Of a stretch of DNA of 64,000 bases, positions 52,770-61,967 are shown in pieces. The notes under the pieces were generated by a model. The model worked only from the letters and a program-made list of their open reading frames with translations. It ran no database searches and was not told where the DNA came from. The stretch lies in IMG/VR virus record IMGVR_UViG_3300050821_016057, positions 1 to 64,000 of that record; one strand, 5' to 3'. Numbering within the stretch: position 1 is the first letter of the stretch; every line of letters begins with the position of its first letter. The translations under genes were made by a program, and so were the position numbers. Origin of the DNA: a virus.

Positions 52770-54716
52770 GTGCATGTGTCGCTGCTGCGGTTCTCGAACT
52801 GGAAGTGCTTCGCGGGTGAGCAGGAGGTCCGGCTGAAGCCGCTCGCCTACTCGGTGGTGGCCCGCCGGGTCGGGGAGGAGGAGCGGTCGAACTGGGGCGG
52901 CAAGACCACGTTCCTCCGGGGCGTCCACTTCCTGCTGTTCGGCGAGCACGGGGAGGCGACCGAAGACGGGTGGATCACGCGCGGGGAGGACGCGGGCGAG
53001 GTGGCCGGGCAGCTGTCGGACGGGTCCAGGCAGCTGTTCGTCCAGCGGCAGAGACGGCGGGGCAAGAGCACACAGTTGTTGGTCCGCGAGCTGCCGGACG
53101 GTCCGCCCATGAAGGGGGACGAGGCGCAGCGGTTCCTGGACGGGTTGGTGGGGATGGGCCGGGAGGACTTCCAGGCCACCTGCTACTTCGAGCAGCGGCA
53201 GATGGCCCGGCTGGTGCTGGCCCGCCCGCAGGAGCGGATGGACGTGATCGCGGCGTGGATGCGCCTCGGGCAGCTGGTCGAGGGCGAGGAGCTGGTGCGC
53301 AAGGAGCTGGGGGACGCCAGCTACGCGCTGCTTACTGAGCGGTCACGGCTGCAGGACGAGGAGCGGAAGATCGCCAACCTGCTGGGAGAGCGGGACCGCA
53401 CCCAGCTGGTCGGGGAGTCGGGGTTGGCGGACGTGGGGCTGCTCCGCGCGCGGGACGAGTACGAGGAGGCGCTGCAGCGGGCGGAGGCGGGCCGGCTGGC
53501 GGCGGGCACGCGGGTCCGGGTGGAGAGCTACGAGCGGATCGCCCGGGAGGGGAGGGAGCTGGCCGAGCGGCTCAAGGGGATGGACCTCGAGCAGCTGGCC
53601 CGGGCCGAGCAGCAGATCGAGGGATTGGTCAGGGCGGCGGCGGCCGACCTGGGCTCGGCCAAGCAGGAGGCGACGGAGCGGCGCAGGGTCGCGCTCGGTC
53701 AGTTCGACGGCCGGTGCCCGGTCGCGGGGGTGACGTGCCCGGTCAAGGACGACATCAACAACCAGGGGGTGCGGTCCAGGAAGGCGCTGGAGGTGGCGGC
53801 CCAGAACGTGGCCAGGGAGGAGGGCGCGTACAACGAGGTGGTGGCCCGGCTGACCCCGGCGAAGGCGGCCCACCAGGAGGCGCTGCGGCTCAAGGCGAGG
53901 ATCGACACGCTGCGCGAGCAGATCGAGCCGTTCCACCGCGAGTACCGGAGGGCGAGGGAGCAGACGCCGGTCGACATGGAGGCGCTCAACCGGGAGGTGA
54001 GCGGTTGCCTCCAGCGGGTGTCCGAGGCCGAGCGGGTGGTGGGCGCGCTCCAGCGCGGGCTGGCCGAGCTGGACCGGGCGCTGGCCGAGCGGGAGCGACT
54101 GCGGGGCGTGGTGGCCGGGATGGAGGCGGCGTGCGCCACCCACCGGGAGGCCGCGCTGGTGTTCGGCAAGCAGGGGGCGCAGCGGAGGGTGGCCGAGCTG
54201 GCGCTGCGCGGCATCGAGGACGGGGCGAACGCGATGCTGCGCGAGTGCGGGATCGACCTGTCGGTGGAGGTCCGTTGGAGCCGGGAGGGGCAGGGGCTGG
54301 CCAAGGCGTGCGACGCGTGCGGGAGCCCGTTCCCGGCGAGCGCCCGGGTGAAGCGGTGCGAGCGGTGCGGGGCCGAGCGCGGCCAGCTGACCGTGAACCG
54401 GCTGGAGCTCGACTTGTCCGACCGGAGCGGGGCGGCCGAGGACCTGGCGGGCGCGGCCATCCAGCTGTCGGCCAGCGCGTGGCTGCGGGGCGAGCGGGCG
54501 AGCGGCTGGGGGACGGCGCTGCTGGACGAGCCTTTCGGCCAGTTGGACGCGGCGAACCGGCGGGCGTTCGCCACCCACCTGGCGGCGATGCTGCGGGGCC
54601 GGTACGGGTTCGAGCAGGCGCTGGTGGTCAGCCATACCGCCGACACCACCCACATGCTGCCCGGTCGAATCGAGATCACCAACGACGGGGGGCGCGCTAC
54701 CGTCAGGGTGGCATGA
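52770..54716 (+). CDS. SbcC/Rad50-like SMC ATPase
   Basis: NWKCF, SNWGGKTT, coiled coil with central CPV...C, RSGA signature, LLDEPFGQLD, VVSH. Confidence 0.92.
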   Translation: MHVSLLRFSNWKCFAGEQEVRLKPLAYSVVARRVGEEERSNWGGKTTFLRGVHFLLFGEHGEATEDGWITRGEDAGEVAGQLSDGSRQLFVQRQRRRGKSTQLLVRELPDGPPMKGDEAQRFLDGLVGMGREDFQATCYFEQRQMARLVLARPQERMDVIAAWMRLGQLVEGEELVRKELGDASYALLTERSRLQDEERKIANLLGERDRTQLVGESGLADVGLLRARDEYEEALQRAEAGRLAAGTRVRVESYERIAREGRELAERLKGMDLEQLARAEQQIEGLVRAAAADLGSAKQEATERRRVALGQFDGRCPVAGVTCPVKDDINNQGVRSRKALEVAAQNVAREEGAYNEVVARLTPAKAAHQEALRLKARIDTLREQIEPFHREYRRAREQTPVDMEALNREVSGCLQRVSEAERVVGALQRGLAELDRALAERERLRGVVAGMEAACATHREAALVFGKQGAQRRVAELALRGIEDGANAMLRECGIDLSVEVRWSREGQGLAKACDACGSPFPASARVKRCERCGAERGQLTVNRLELDLSDRSGAAEDLAGAAIQLSASAWLRGERASGWGTALLDEPFGQLDAANRRAFATHLAAMLRGRYGFEQALVVSHTADTTHMLPGRIEITNDGGRATVRVA

Positions 54717-54940
54717 CCACCCACGACTGGTACGGGATCGCCGTCTACTGCGTGGTGTTCGTCGTGCACTTCTACTCGTGGGCGGACGGGGCCAAGAAGG
54801 GGTACCGGCTGGCGCTCAAGCACGTGGGCGACGAGCACGCGCGCGACCTGCGGGGCATGTTCCGGTGGGAGGTGCCCCGGACCCCCTGGGAGATCGTGGA
54901 GAAGTTGATGGCCGAAGACCTCGTGGACCGTGGGCGATGA
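54713..54940 (+). CDS. Small membrane protein
   Basis: ATGA coupling; N-terminal hydrophobic helix. Confidence 0.55.
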   Translation: MTTHDWYGIAVYCVVFVVHFYSWADGAKKGYRLALKHVGDEHARDLRGMFRWEVPRTPWEIVEKLMAEDLVDRGR

Positions 54941-55547
54941 GTTCGACCCGGATTGCCCCGAGGACCGGGTGGACGGCGGCGCCTGGTACGGGTGGTGGGC
55001 GGTGAGGGGACCCAAACCCGGGTTTGGGGTCGGGCCGGCCGTGCTGGGCCTGGACCTGTCGCTGCGCGGGGCGGGGGCGGTGGTGCTGCCGGGCTGCTGG
55101 GACCCGTCCCGCCCCAACGCCGGGGTGGTGGCGCACCGGTTCACCGAGGAGGGTCGGCTGGAGGGGAGGGAGCGGCAGGCGGCGATCGTCCGGGGGGTGT
55201 GGCGGCTGGCCGTCCAGCAGGCGGTCAAGTGGGCGTTCGTGGAGGAGCACTCGTTCAGCAAGGGGCTGATGAAGCACGCGTACGCGCGGGCCGAGCTGGT
55301 GGGGGCGGTCAAGAACGACCTCTGGTCGCAGCTGGGGATCGAGGTCGTGCCCGTGGTGGCGAGCAGCGCGCGCAAGCTCCTGTTCGGCCCGCAGCGGCGG
55401 ATGACTTCCCGTGAGTGGAAACAGTTCATCCAGGCCGGCTTCGGGGACATGGGGCTCGACCTGCCCGACGAGGACACCCGGGACGCGATGGTGGTGGCGA
55501 ACGCGGGCCGGCACGTCCGCGGACTGGTCTGCCTGTCCGCGGGGTGA
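54930..55547 (+). CDS. RuvC-like Holliday junction resolvase (true start may be downstream)
   Basis: LGLDLSL..AG, FVEE, AELVGAVK, SARK, DEDTRDA. Confidence 0.85.
   Translation: MGDEFDPDCPEDRVDGGAWYGWWAVRGPKPGFGVGPAVLGLDLSLRGAGAVVLPGCWDPSRPNAGVVAHRFTEEGRLEGRERQAAIVRGVWRLAVQQAVKWAFVEEHSFSKGLMKHAYARAELVGAVKNDLWSQLGIEVVPVVASSARKLLFGPQRRMTSREWKQFIQAGFGDMGLDLPDEDTRDAMVVANAGRHVRGLVCLSAG
55011..55028. repeat. 18-bp palindrome copy 15
   Basis: Exact; read as PKPGFG in the ORF. Confidence 0.97.
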
Positions 55548-55602
55548 CGGGAGACTCGCGCGGGCGAGTTTGGTGACATAAGGTTCTTGCTGGAGGAACG
55601 CG

Positions 55603-56154
55603 ATGGCTAAGTCGGGACTGTCGATGTGGGCTGAGCGCGGTGGATACTCCGCCGAGGATCGTCGCGTCGGTTCCAGGATGCGCGCGGGCATCCAGCGGGA
55701 GGAGCGGGAGGCCGCCGCCAGGGACGCGTCCGGGGAGAAACCCAAGGAACCCACCCCGCAGGAGCGGGCGGATAAACACGCCGCGGAGTCCAACAGGCTG
55801 CGGGGCATCGCCGCGGCCAAGTTGGCCTCGGGCGGCAAATACGCGGAGGAGGACAGCGAGAACGTGAACCGGCTGGCCCACGAGGAGAGGCAGAAGGCGG
55901 AGGCCTGGAAGTCAACGGTCGCGGCGAACAGCGCCAGCGAGAAGGCCCGCGACAGTGGCACCCGGGACGACCACGCGAGCGCGGCGGCCGCGCACGACAC
56001 CGCCAAGTCCCAGCACGCTCAGTTGAACACGACTGCGCCGGCCAGCGCGCAGCAGGAGAAGGTCCACAGGCAGGCGGCGGCCGAGCACCGCGCCAAGTCC
56101 GCGGGCGGGGACGACCACCCGCGGGACGACCACGGGCGGTTCGCCGCCAAGTAG
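55603..56154 (+). CDS. Ala/His-rich protein ending HPRDDHGRFAAK
   Basis: GGAGG RBS; H..AA..H repeats; HPRDxxGRF motif. Confidence 0.7.
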   Translation: MAKSGLSMWAERGGYSAEDRRVGSRMRAGIQREEREAAARDASGEKPKEPTPQERADKHAAESNRLRGIAAAKLASGGKYAEEDSENVNRLAHEERQKAEAWKSTVAANSASEKARDSGTRDDHASAAAAHDTAKSQHAQLNTTAPASAQQEKVHRQAAAEHRAKSAGGDDHPRDDHGRFAAK

Positions 56155-56190
56155 TCAAAGCGTGTTAGAGCTTGTGCCTCGGAGGCGCGA

Positions 56191-57624
56191 GTGAGGAAGA
56201 CCAAGGCGGCGGTGCCCACCGGGCACGAGCGGGTGGAGAAGCCGTTCATCCGAAAGTTCAACTCGGCGAACAGGAAGGCCCGCCCGGGCAAGCCGTCGCC
56301 CACCATGATCAGCAACGCGCCGGACACCGCCCCTCTCGTCCGAGAGGGGCCCATCGCGGGCGACGGCGCGTACGCGGGGCTGCTGTCGCGCGAGCTGCCC
56401 CGGGAGGCGCCCGCGGCCCGCGGGATGACGCTGGCCAGCTTCTTCTGCTGCGGGGGCGGGATCGACCTGGGTTTCCGCTCGGCCGGCTTCCGGACCGCGT
56501 TCGCCAACGACATCCACCAGGCGGCGGCCGACACGTTCGCCGACAACCTGGGCCACCGGCCGCTCCTGCGGACAATCCGCGAGGTCGGCCCGGCCGACTA
56601 CCCGGGGGGGCCGGTGGACGTGGTGACGGGCGGGTTCCCGTGCGTGACGTTCAGCATGGCGGGCCGGCGGGCCGGCGTGACCGACGACGAGAACGGCAAG
56701 CTGTACCTGGAGCTCTGCCGGGTCATCCGCGAGCTGAACCCCAGGTACTTCGTGGCCGAGAACGTGAAGGGGATGCTGAGCGCGAACGGCGGGCAGGCGG
56801 TCAAGCTGGTGCTGGCCGCGTTCCTGCGACTCGGATACCGGACCCAATACGAGATGGTCAACATGGCCGAGCACGGGGTGCCGCAGACGCGCGAGAGGGT
56901 GATCTTCGTCGGGGTGAGGGTCGACCAGTGGCGGGGCTCGTTCCTGTTCCCGCGGAGGACGCACCGGCTGCGGGACGACAGGCGCGCCAAGATGTGGCTG
57001 CCGGTGGCGAGGACGCTGGCGGAGGCGGTGGGCGACCTGGGCCCGCCCGGCGAGCGGCTAAGGGGGATGATGCACGCGGACGCGGCCGCCAAGGTGGGCA
57101 AAGTGGGGATCACCAACGGGTTCCAGAACAGCCGGCCTAGGAGCCCGGTGGACCCGTCTCACTCGCAGACCAGCTCGGGGGCCAACGTGCTGATCGTGGA
57201 CGCCAACCACGCGCGCAACGACGAGCCGGTCAGCGCCACCTACGCGATGAGCAAGCGGGTGGCCAGGCGTGGGCGACCGTCACCCACGCTCGTGAGCGAG
57301 GCCGCCAACGTGCAGCCCTTCATCAGGGACGGCCGCGACGTCGTCGCGGCGAGGAACCCCGACTTCCACAACCCGCTGCGGGCGGCCAGCGGTCCGTCGC
57401 CGACCATGACCTCGGGCGGGCAGACCGAGGTGGTGGAGCGGTCGGGCGGGATGCGCAGGATGACGGCCCGCGAGTGCGCGCGCGTGCAGAGTTTCCCGGA
57501 CTGGTACGAGTTCGCGGGCAGCCAGGCCGACCAGTACAGGATCATCGGGAACGCCGTGCCCCCGCTCTACGCGAAGGCCCTGGCGCTGGCGCTCATCGAG
57601 TACGACGGAAGGGAAAAGGCGTGA
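56191..57624 (+). CDS. DNA cytosine-5 methyltransferase
   Basis: FCCGGG, GFPC, ENV, QTRER, RECARVQSFP, IGNAVPP. Confidence 0.95.
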   Translation: MRKTKAAVPTGHERVEKPFIRKFNSANRKARPGKPSPTMISNAPDTAPLVREGPIAGDGAYAGLLSRELPREAPAARGMTLASFFCCGGGIDLGFRSAGFRTAFANDIHQAAADTFADNLGHRPLLRTIREVGPADYPGGPVDVVTGGFPCVTFSMAGRRAGVTDDENGKLYLELCRVIRELNPRYFVAENVKGMLSANGGQAVKLVLAAFLRLGYRTQYEMVNMAEHGVPQTRERVIFVGVRVDQWRGSFLFPRRTHRLRDDRRAKMWLPVARTLAEAVGDLGPPGERLRGMMHADAAAKVGKVGITNGFQNSRPRSPVDPSHSQTSSGANVLIVDANHARNDEPVSATYAMSKRVARRGRPSPTLVSEAANVQPFIRDGRDVVAARNPDFHNPLRAASGPSPTMTSGGQTEVVERSGGMRRMTARECARVQSFPDWYEFAGSQADQYRIIGNAVPPLYAKALALALIEYDGREKA

Positions 57625-58412
57625 TGGCTACCAAGAAGGTGAGGCAGAAGGTGTCGGCGTCGAAGCCGGAGGGGCTCAAGGTGCCGGTCCCCCAGCAGGT
57701 CAAGCTGGCCGATCTGCAGTTCGCCCCCTACAACCCACGCAGCATCTCCCGGGAGGTGATGGGGGCGCTCAAGGCCAGCCTGCGGAAGCACGGGATGGTC
57801 CTGACGCTGGTGGTGCAGAAGCTGAGCGGGGCCCACGGGCCGATGGTGCTGATCGGCGGGCACCAGCGGGTGCGGGCCATGCGGGAGCTCTGCGCGGCCG
57901 AGGGGTGGCCGGAGCCGGCCGAGGTGTCGGCGGTCGTGCTGGACGTGGGGGACGCGGAGGCCAAGCAGCTCAACGTGTCGCTCAACAACATCGAGGGGGA
58001 GTTCGACCCCTACAAGCTGGGCGAGATGTTCCGCGACATCCGCCCCGCCATGACCATGGACGACGTGCTGGCCACCGGGTTCGCCCCGGTGGAGATCGAC
58101 GAGATGATCAACCTGCTGGCGAGCCCGGACGACGCGGCGCGCCTGCTCGAGGAGAACATCGGCGACCTGGGCGGGTTCGGTTCCAGCATCACGCTGAGCA
58201 TCGAGTTCGCGACCGTGGAGTCCAGGGACGAGGCCAAGTCGATTCTGAAGGCGGCCGCCCAGCACTCGGGCAAGAAGCCCGGGGACCTGATGCTCCGGGC
58301 GGTGAAGGCGTCGGACGTGCTCGGCAAGCTGGGCGGCCCGCGGCATAAGGGTGGGGATGGCAAGTCGAAGGCGAAGGGCGCCCCTAGGGCAGCAGCACCT
58401 CAGCGAGCGTAG
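57624..58412 (+). CDS. ParB N-terminal (CTPase-fold) domain protein with possible C-terminal RHH
   Basis: L..APYNPR...LKASL..HG...LIGGHQR. Confidence 0.85.
   Translation: MATKKVRQKVSASKPEGLKVPVPQQVKLADLQFAPYNPRSISREVMGALKASLRKHGMVLTLVVQKLSGAHGPMVLIGGHQRVRAMRELCAAEGWPEPAEVSAVVLDVGDAEAKQLNVSLNNIEGEFDPYKLGEMFRDIRPAMTMDDVLATGFAPVEIDEMINLLASPDDAARLLEENIGDLGGFGSSITLSIEFATVESRDEAKSILKAAAQHSGKKPGDLMLRAVKASDVLGKLGGPRHKGGDGKSKAKGAPRAAAPQRA
58340..58349 (+). promoter_or_regulatory. Class II motif GCGGCATAAG, leaderless
   Basis: 7 nt before ATG 58357. Confidence 0.65.
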
Positions 58413-58863
58413 CCGGCCCCGGGCGGTGCTGGTCGACGAGGACAACCCGTACTCAACGGACCCGCGGTACGCCCTGTACCCGTACCCGGTCAACAGCGCG
58501 GGTCACCGCCTGCAGAGCAAGGTCATGGGCGCGTCGCTGTCCGACTATCTGGCCATGGGTCGGGAGAACCTCTGCCTGAGCAGGTGGTCGACGGCCGGCG
58601 CCAGGGATGGGGTGGCGCGCGTCGTCGGTGCGTACCACCCCGACGCGCCGCTGGTGCTGCTGGGGGTGAAGGTGGCGAGGGCGTTCGGGCTCCGCGGGGC
58701 GCCGTTCACGTGGGGGTGCCACCCCGTGCCCGCCGCGGGCGGCCCCGAGCGGAGGGTGGTGGTGTTCCTCCCGCACCCGAGCGGCAGGTGTCGGGCGTGG
58801 AACGACCCCGACTCCTACGAGTCGGCCAGGCGCGCCCTCAGGGGGGCCGGGGTGGTTGATTGA
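58357..58863 (+). CDS. Uracil-DNA glycosylase superfamily-like protein
   Basis: LVDE.NP...SAGHRL...NL...VLLG..VA.AFG...LPHPSGR...WN. Confidence 0.7.
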   Translation: MASRRRRAPLGQQHLSERSRPRAVLVDEDNPYSTDPRYALYPYPVNSAGHRLQSKVMGASLSDYLAMGRENLCLSRWSTAGARDGVARVVGAYHPDAPLVLLGVKVARAFGLRGAPFTWGCHPVPAAGGPERRVVVFLPHPSGRCRAWNDPDSYESARRALRGAGVVD

Positions 58864-59264
58864 CACCCTTCGGCAGGATGGTTCGCCGGCTGCTCGAGCG
58901 GGCGGCGGGGGCGCTGGACGACGGGCCGGAGGCGCCGGCCCGCCTGGGCGAGATGGTGATCGCGTACGCGAACAGCGCCCCGCACGCGACCCGGGCCGAG
59001 TGGATCGCGTACGCGATGGCGCACTCGGCCGAGTGCTACCGGTCCGGCTACCGGCGGGGGCGCGAGGAGGCGGAGCGGCCCGAGCTGGACCCGGACCGGG
59101 TGGCGGACGAGCTGGACCCGGACTGGCGGTGGTCGCCCGACATCCGGCTGGTCGGGGACGCGGGCGTGGTGGTGATGGAGGAGAACGACCAGGGGGAGCT
59201 TGAGAGGCGGGAGATAGACGGTTACCAGTCTTGGGTGCAGTGGCGGAACAGGAGGCGAGGATGA
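58860..59264 (+). CDS. Hypothetical protein
   Basis: Overlapping start/stop chain, high GC3. Confidence 0.6.
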   Translation: MTPFGRMVRRLLERAAGALDDGPEAPARLGEMVIAYANSAPHATRAEWIAYAMAHSAECYRSGYRRGREEAERPELDPDRVADELDPDWRWSPDIRLVGDAGVVVMEENDQGELERREIDGYQSWVQWRNRRRG

Positions 59265-59704
59265 CTGACGAGCAGATGCCGGACACCGAACCGGAGTCGA
59301 AGTACCAGTGGGCGGAGGACCTGGCCGAGCAGAAGGCGTGGGTGCTTCACACGCCTTCCCGGGCGGTGTCCCGGGTCAAGGCGTTCTATGACGGGGTCGC
59401 GCGCGTGATGGTTTCGGAGATCAACCGGCTGCCCGTGAAGGGGCCGGTGGTCGAGCTGGAGGACGGGAACACGTTCGTGGCCGAGCAGCGGTGCTTCGTC
59501 GCCATGGAGCCGCGCGAGGTCGACTACTACCAGGCCGCGCAGAAGACGGTCGGGCTGGCCGCGAAGGCGGCGGCCGAGAACGCGGCCGCGCGCGGGATCC
59601 CGAAGACGACCGCGCTGATGCTGCTCGGGGTGGCGCTGCGCGCGACCGCCCGGGTGACCGACGTGGTCTCGGCCGCACCCTCGACGATGCCCAGGGGGTC
59701 GTGA
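59261..59704 (+). CDS. Hypothetical protein
   Basis: AGGAGG RBS, ATGA coupling. Confidence 0.65.
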   Translation: MTDEQMPDTEPESKYQWAEDLAEQKAWVLHTPSRAVSRVKAFYDGVARVMVSEINRLPVKGPVVELEDGNTFVAEQRCFVAMEPREVDYYQAAQKTVGLAAKAAAENAAARGIPKTTALMLLGVALRATARVTDVVSAAPSTMPRGS

Positions 59705-60102
59705 TGGACCAGCAACCCACCCCACCGATCTCGACGTTGTCGGCGGCCGCCGCCCACAGCACCGTGATCGCGATGGCCAACATGTACTCGGGGGTGATCG
59801 CCGACTACGAGCGGCAGCTGCAGATGATGCAGGCGATGGTCCGGGCCACCAAGGCGGGCGAGCAGGCGGCCGACCAGAAGATCAAGGAGCTGGAGGGGAT
59901 CATGAGGGAAGGCCGGACGGCCAACTCGGCGCTGGTCGACCGGCTGAACGCCAGGGCGCCGGCCGGGATCCCGGACGCGCTGGCCAGCCGGCTGATGGCG
60001 CTCCTGCCCGCCGGGGAGACGGGGGTGCTGATCTGCTCGGACGAGGAGCTGGTCGAGCGGCTGGAGGCGCTGGTGCGCCCGCGGGTGGGGCACGGGGGAT
60101 GA
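59704..60102 (+). CDS. Coiled-coil hypothetical protein
   Basis: TGATG coupling. Confidence 0.6.
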   Translation: MDQQPTPPISTLSAAAAHSTVIAMANMYSGVIADYERQLQMMQAMVRATKAGEQAADQKIKELEGIMREGRTANSALVDRLNARAPAGIPDALASRLMALLPAGETGVLICSDEELVERLEALVRPRVGHGG

Positions 60103-60437
60103 GGAGGCGCCGCGACATCCTGGTGGACGAGCCGCTGGCCGTGTCCCGGCTGCTCGACCCCGAGGAGGTGATCAAGCGGGACGGGCCCAAGGCGTCGGCG
60201 TGGCTGGTGGCCCGGTACCGCCGAAAGCTGCGCCGGGAGGGGGAGGCGCAGTTCCACATCGACGTGAACGCCCGCACGCCGCCGTGGTTCATGGTGGCGG
60301 TCGAGTTCCTGAAGCGGCGGGTGGGCTGGCAGGTGGTGGTGCTCGAGCAAGCGGGCCGGCGCACCTACCGGGTAGTGTGGTTGGGCAAGGTGAGGTTCGG
60401 CAGGCAGAAGGAGGTCAGGCTATGGCGGAGGAACTGA
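60099..60437 (+). CDS. Hypothetical protein
   Basis: ATGA coupling. Confidence 0.55.
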   Translation: MRRRRDILVDEPLAVSRLLDPEEVIKRDGPKASAWLVARYRRKLRREGEAQFHIDVNARTPPWFMVAVEFLKRRVGWQVVVLEQAGRRTYRVVWLGKVRFGRQKEVRLWRRN

Positions 60438-60682
60438 GCGGTTGGCAGGAGTACGTGCCCCGGTACGCCGAGCACGTGAAGGGCCGGTACACGCGGGTGA
60501 CGGTCGAGGACGGCAGGCGCCAACCCCAGCTCGTCGAGGCCCGGTGCGAGCGGTGCGGGGCCTGGTACCGGAACGAGTGCCGGCAGGGCAGGCCGCGCCA
60601 GCACGTGGCGCTGTTCGCCCGGCAGCACCTGCACCCGGCCGGGCTCCAGGACAAGCGGGCCAACTTGCCGGTGCCCAGGTGA
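60422..60682 (+). CDS. Small zinc-finger protein
   Basis: AGGAGG RBS; CERC...C...H.H. Confidence 0.6.
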   Translation: MAEELSGWQEYVPRYAEHVKGRYTRVTVEDGRRQPQLVEARCERCGAWYRNECRQGRPRQHVALFARQHLHPAGLQDKRANLPVPR

Positions 60683-61032
60683 GCGGCGAGGCGAAGAGGG
60701 TGCCGGTGGACTTCCGGTACGACGCCCTGAACCCGGCGTTCCTGAAGTGGATGGCGCGGATCGGGTCCTACGCGGCCGACAAGTACGGCTCGTGGGAGCA
60801 GTACCGGGAGACCCGGCTGGTGGGCGAGAAGTCGCCCGTCAACCACATGTACGAGCACCTCCGGCAGTACCAGGTGGGCGAGCCGCACGACCACTTCGAC
60901 GGGGACGTGCGCTGGCACCTGGTGGCCGTCGCGTACAACGCGATGATGGAGTTCTACTACTGCACCCGGTGGGGCCACCCCGAGCACCCGCTGGAGGTCC
61001 CAAACCCGGGTTTGGGAGACGGGGCGGCATAA
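60679..61032 (+). CDS. dATP/dGTP diphosphohydrolase-like (DUF5664) protein
   Basis: RYDAL...MARI..YAADKYG...H...HL...GE..D...HL.AVAYNAMM. Confidence 0.7.
   Translation: MSGEAKRVPVDFRYDALNPAFLKWMARIGSYAADKYGSWEQYRETRLVGEKSPVNHMYEHLRQYQVGEPHDHFDGDVRWHLVAVAYNAMMEFYYCTRWGHPEHPLEVPNPGLGDGAA
60999..61016. repeat. 18-bp palindrome copy 16 (inside CDS 3' end)
   Basis: Exact; 7 nt before class II motif. Confidence 0.97.
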
Positions 61033-61033
61033 G
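61024..61033 (+). promoter_or_regulatory. Class II motif GCGGCATAAG
   Basis: Its TAA doubles as a stop codon. Confidence 0.6.
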
Positions 61034-61051
61034 GTCGTCGGAGGTGACGCG

Positions 61052-61246
61052 ATGGACCGAGACGGGGCGAAGAAGAAGGAGGCGACGACCAAGTACCTGC
61101 GGGCCGTGTTCGGGCTGGAGTCGGCCGTGAAGGCGGCCGAGCTGCCGAGCAACCAGCACAACCACCACGCTGAGCAGCTGGTGCGGGCGAGCCGGGAGCT
61201 GGTAGACATCCTGATCGCTGACCTGGAGAGGGAGCCTCGCCGATGA
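61052..61246 (+). CDS. Hypothetical protein
   Basis: GGAGG RBS. Confidence 0.6.
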   Translation: MDRDGAKKKEATTKYLRAVFGLESAVKAAELPSNQHNHHAEQLVRASRELVDILIADLEREPRR

Positions 61247-61521
61247 ACGACGTGATGGTGGGAGGGGAGCGGCTGCCGACCGACCTGGGGTGGCTGGGGA
61301 GCCGGCGGCAGGTGGACGAATGGGTGACCCGGTACGCGCCGCACATGCTGGTCGAGTTCGGGAACGCGCTGAGGAAGTACGAGCTGGCCGGCCAGGTGAT
61401 GGTGCCGATCGGCCTCCAGGTGAACGTGGAGGGGGAGTGGCGGTTGCTGGCCGTGGAGCTGCTGGGCGGGGGCGGCCGGGCGGTGGCCTCGTCGCAGCGC
61501 GCGATCAGGTTGCCCGAGTGA
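61243..61521 (+). CDS. Hypothetical protein
   Basis: ATGA coupling. Confidence 0.6.
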   Translation: MNDVMVGGERLPTDLGWLGSRRQVDEWVTRYAPHMLVEFGNALRKYELAGQVMVPIGLQVNVEGEWRLLAVELLGGGGRAVASSQRAIRLPE

Positions 61522-61967
61522 GCCGCCGGGACGACTGGACGCAGGCGCTCTGCGTGGCGCTCGTGAAGGACCGCGGTGTGACGGCCGCGGACGCGCTGCG
61601 CGTGCTCGAGCTGGCGGCCGCGCTGCCCGACGACAGCTTCCCCGAGATGACCGCGGCCGGGGTGGTGGCGTTCGTCCAGCACGGGCTGCGGGAGGGCGCG
61701 GCGCCCGGGTGGGTGGCGGAGGTCCGGGAGGGGGAGGCGCGGAACATCCGGGTGACGTCCACCGGGACGGCGTCGTCGAACTGGACGCTGGCGGCCCGCC
61801 AGCTCTACGACGAGCTGCCCGAGGTGTTCCACCCGCTGTTCGTCGGCAATTCGATGGTCCGGTTGACCAGGGACGAGTGGGACGAGCTGGTGGCCTGGGT
61901 GCGCGGGGTGCCGGGCTGGCAGCAGGGCGATGCGCCCTTCATCGCGATCGCGGAGCGCAAGCCGTGA
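61518..61967 (+). CDS. Hypothetical protein
   Basis: GTGA coupling. Confidence 0.55.
   Translation: MSRRDDWTQALCVALVKDRGVTAADALRVLELAAALPDDSFPEMTAAGVVAFVQHGLREGAAPGWVAEVREGEARNIRVTSTGTASSNWTLAARQLYDELPEVFHPLFVGNSMVRLTRDEWDELVAWVRGVPGWQQGDAPFIAIAERKP

Noticed and set aside
60679-61032. Z-base (2-aminoadenine) genome
   Set aside because: No PurZ or other pathway gene in the window
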